A stretch of 63,518 bases of DNA, the filler included, from Neoconidiobolus thromboides FSU 785 (taxonomy: Eukaryota > Fungi > Entomophthoromycota), in the NCBI GenBank assembly GCA_025603075.1. It is 7 parts of 7 records of this genome, joined end to end, with 100 filler letters (N's around TTAATTAATTAA, not from the genome) between each part and the next. Parts side by side here need not be neighbours in the genome. Positions count along the whole stretch, not along the records: positions 61,279 to 63,518 come from MU626867.1; 6 more parts are not named here. One strand, 5' to 3'. The notes below the pieces were generated by a model, which saw only the letters and a program-made list of their open reading frames with translations, ran no database searches and was not told the DNA's origin. The position numbers and the translations under genes are program-made. Every line of letters begins with the position of its first letter. Position 1 is the first letter of the stretch. This document shows positions 61,388 to 63,518 of the stretch, one piece after another.

Positions 61388-61936
61388 TATAGTAGATTTT
61401 AAATGGTAAATAAAAGTACATTTATATATATTATATTTTTACTTATAAAGATTATATAAGAAACTTTTTAAATATAGGAAGGAGTATTAAATATTAGATT
61501 CTTAAAAGCACCAAAATTTTAAGAAATATCAATTTCTTATGCGTAAAATTCTTGTTAACAGGAAAACTCGAATCTATCTTACAACTCATGTTTTTTAGCT
61601 ATTAAGTTGATAAAGAACTATTTAATATCAATAATTTGTTTGTTTACTACTTATATACACAATAAATATTAATTTATTGTAACATTTTTAATAAAAATAA
61701 ATTGTAGTATTGCTCTACAAAGTCAAGCTTTTAACAATACCTTAGCTTTTGTCTTTATTTCCCATTTTTTGATATCTTTTTATGTCTTTTTCAAAAACAA
61801 TCATAAAAACTCTACTAAAGACAATTTTCTGTACTAACTAATATAGTGATTTGGATGTCCTTTTGATGCATTATAAATTCTATAACAAAATCCTAGCATC
61901 ATTCAATATTTACTTATGATTCTGTTTATTTATAAT

Positions 61937-62046
61937 ATATGGGGATGTATTTTTGCGTTTAAGAATTTTATTAACAAATTTTCCGTTTAGATATAGCGCT
62001 TGAAAAATGGAAAAATAATGAAGTCGAAAAAAACACTCCCCCATAT
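61937..62046 (+). mobile_element. MITE family A copy
   Basis: ATATGGGGATGTATTTTTGCGTTTAAGAATT...AAACACTCCCCCATAT. Confidence 0.93.
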
Positions 62047-62157
62047 ATTGTATTTTTTGGCTTCACTTTTTCGATCTTTTGAAGCGTTATTTAAAAGCGG
62101 AAAATTTGTTAGTAAAATTCTTAAATACGAAAATATATTCACAACCAACCCCCATAT
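62047..62157 (-). mobile_element. MITE family A copy, abutting the previous one in inverted orientation
   Basis: TGTATTTTTTGGCTTCACTTTTTCGATCTTTTGAAGCGTTATTTAAAAGCGGAAAATTTGTTAGTAAAATTCTTAAATACG...CCCCCATAT. Confidence 0.82.
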
Positions 62158-62323
62158 ATATTGGTTTTTTTCCAAGCAAAATCTATTTTTTGAAAGAATA
62201 TGTATAAATATAACGGGGCTTACATTAAATATTTTTGAACTTTCTAAAACTTCGCTTTTTTTGATATACAAACTCTAACTTTACTTTTTTTGTTTTTAAA
62301 TGATACTTTATCTCTTAAATAAG

Positions 62324-62427
62324 ATATGAGAATGTTCCTTTCGATTTCATCACTTTTTCCATTTTTTAAGCGCTATCCTATTTGAGCGGAAAGATAGTAA
62401 AATTTTTGAACAAAAAACACATCCCCA
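62324..62427 (-). mobile_element. MITE family A copy (diverged)
   Basis: ATATGAGAATGTTCCTTTCGATTTCATC...AAACACATCCCCA. Confidence 0.82.
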
Positions 62428-62699
62428 AGTTTTAGATTTTAGCAGTAATTAAAAATATATGAAATAGGGTGATTGTATTTAATATTCTAAGTAAAATTCT
62501 CTATTTTTGATTTACAAATATACCCTTTAAATCAGAGAAAATCTTTATCTTACAAGAAAATAATATTGTTATGCTGATATTTATATTAAATTTAAATCTT
62601 ATTAAACATATGTATGTAATAAGCTTTTAAGGATTGTTCAGAAGCCTAATCCTGCAGCAGGAGCAAAGCTAAAAATAGGTATTAATTTTTTTAATCATT

Positions 62700-62799
62700 T
62701 GGGGATGTGTTTTTGTACTTAAGAATTTTACTAACAATTTTCCGCTCAAGTAGGGCTTAAAAAATGGAAAAAGTAATGAAGCCAAAAAAAACATCCCCC
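62700..62799 (+). mobile_element. MITE family A copy
   Basis: TGGGGATGTGTTTTTGTACTTAAGAATT...AAACATCCCCC. Confidence 0.92.
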
Positions 62800-63024
62800 T
62801 TTATTAATAGCATTTTTTAATTTATAATAATTCAGTAATTAACTTTATTGCTTGAAAATTCTATTTAAAGTGTAATGATTCAAAACTAAATTTTATAATC
62901 TTTTATAAATGATATGATTTTCAAAATTAAATAATAGTCGAGTTTGCATTCCTATAACCTCTGAGTCGTACTCTATTAGCAGATGATTAGAAATAATAAT
63001 CTTATAGCATAGGGTCAAAAATAC

Positions 63025-63097
63025 TGATCCCGCCAGGGATCGAACCTGGAATCTTCTGTTCCGTAGACAGACGCCTTATCCATTGGGCCACGGGACC
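63025..63097 (-). tRNA. tRNA-Arg(ACG)
   Basis: Reverse complement GGTCCCGTGGCCCAATGGATAAGGCGTCTGTCTACGGAACAGAAGATTCCAGGTTCGATCCCTGGCGGGATCA. Anticodon arm TCTGT-CTACGGA-ACAGA; T5 Pol III terminator at 63017-63021. Confidence 0.97.
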
Positions 63098-63409
63098 ACT
63101 TTAAATTTCTAGTTCAAAAAATATATATATATCACCAAAATTGAACTACTCTACAAATGTTGTCATTTGAGAACATTTAAAATATGGAGGATGTTTCAAT
63201 TAGTTTCGTTTTTTATTCAATTTTTAAATATTTTGTATTTTTAAACGAAATTTTAAAATTCTATAGAAACAGATTTTTTTATCAAAACAAAAGCACCCAA
63301 ACACAGTTCTAAATTATTCTGTTATAGTTTGTATTCTAAGTTGGCTGAATTCCTACTAGATCTGATAAAAAATCCCAGATCAACAAGGCTTTTACTAATA
63401 TAATATATA

Positions 63410-63518
63410 TGGGGTTGTCCGAATTGGTTTCAGAATTTACTTAGAAGTTAATCCAAATCTTAAATTTTTAAGTTGTGTCTAGTATGACGGTTAAATCTAA
63501 AAGACTTAAAGTCAAATT
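63410..63518 (+). mobile_element. Family B element end at window/contig end
   Basis: TA|TGGGGTTGTCCGAATTGGTTTCAGAATTTACTTAGAAG..., an inverted copy of 61279-61387. Confidence 0.92.

Noticed and set aside
3378-62799. Recurring ~105-bp repeat as a CRISPR array or SINE
   Set aside because: Copies are dispersed in both orientations, without regular spacers, Pol III A/B boxes or a poly(A) tail. TIR structure indicates a MITE.

Overview
Very AT-rich eukaryotic genomic DNA from a fungus. Zn2Cys6 transcription factors, a chitin synthase, ~45-60 bp GT-AG introns and a rhodopsin-class GPCR suggest an early-diverging lineage, possibly Zoopagomycota/Entomophthorales (inference). The window is not one contiguous locus. 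It is seven contigs joined by an artificial 100-nt spacer (44 N + TTAATTAATTAA + 44 N), so adjacency across the six gaps is unproven. Content: (i) a compact, intron-rich, MITE-free housekeeping block at 26.7-37.2 kb (NOP9, MIC26-like, ATP4, CBP6-like, FIP1). (ii) Intron-poor accessory genes in repeat-rich DNA: a CsbD/Hmp1-repeat protein, a ChsD-like (class VI) chitin synthase, two Zn2Cys6 TF genes (one with two clusters), a secreted multicopper oxidase with Lys at the T1-Cu axial position, a class-A-like GPCR and a MATE transporter. (iii) tRNA-Val(AAC) and tRNA-Arg(ACG). (iv) About 31 copies of a ~105-bp TIR MITE (family A, TGGGG...CCCCA), plus four ends of a related larger element (family B) sharing terminal and subterminal motifs. 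(v) A four-member family of decayed, stand-alone RRM-like + CCHC zinc-knuckle (LINE-ORF1/gag-like) genes with no ORF2 seen. (vi) Several other nonsense-riddled pseudogenes. All calls are by eye and from remembered family motifs; no database search was run.
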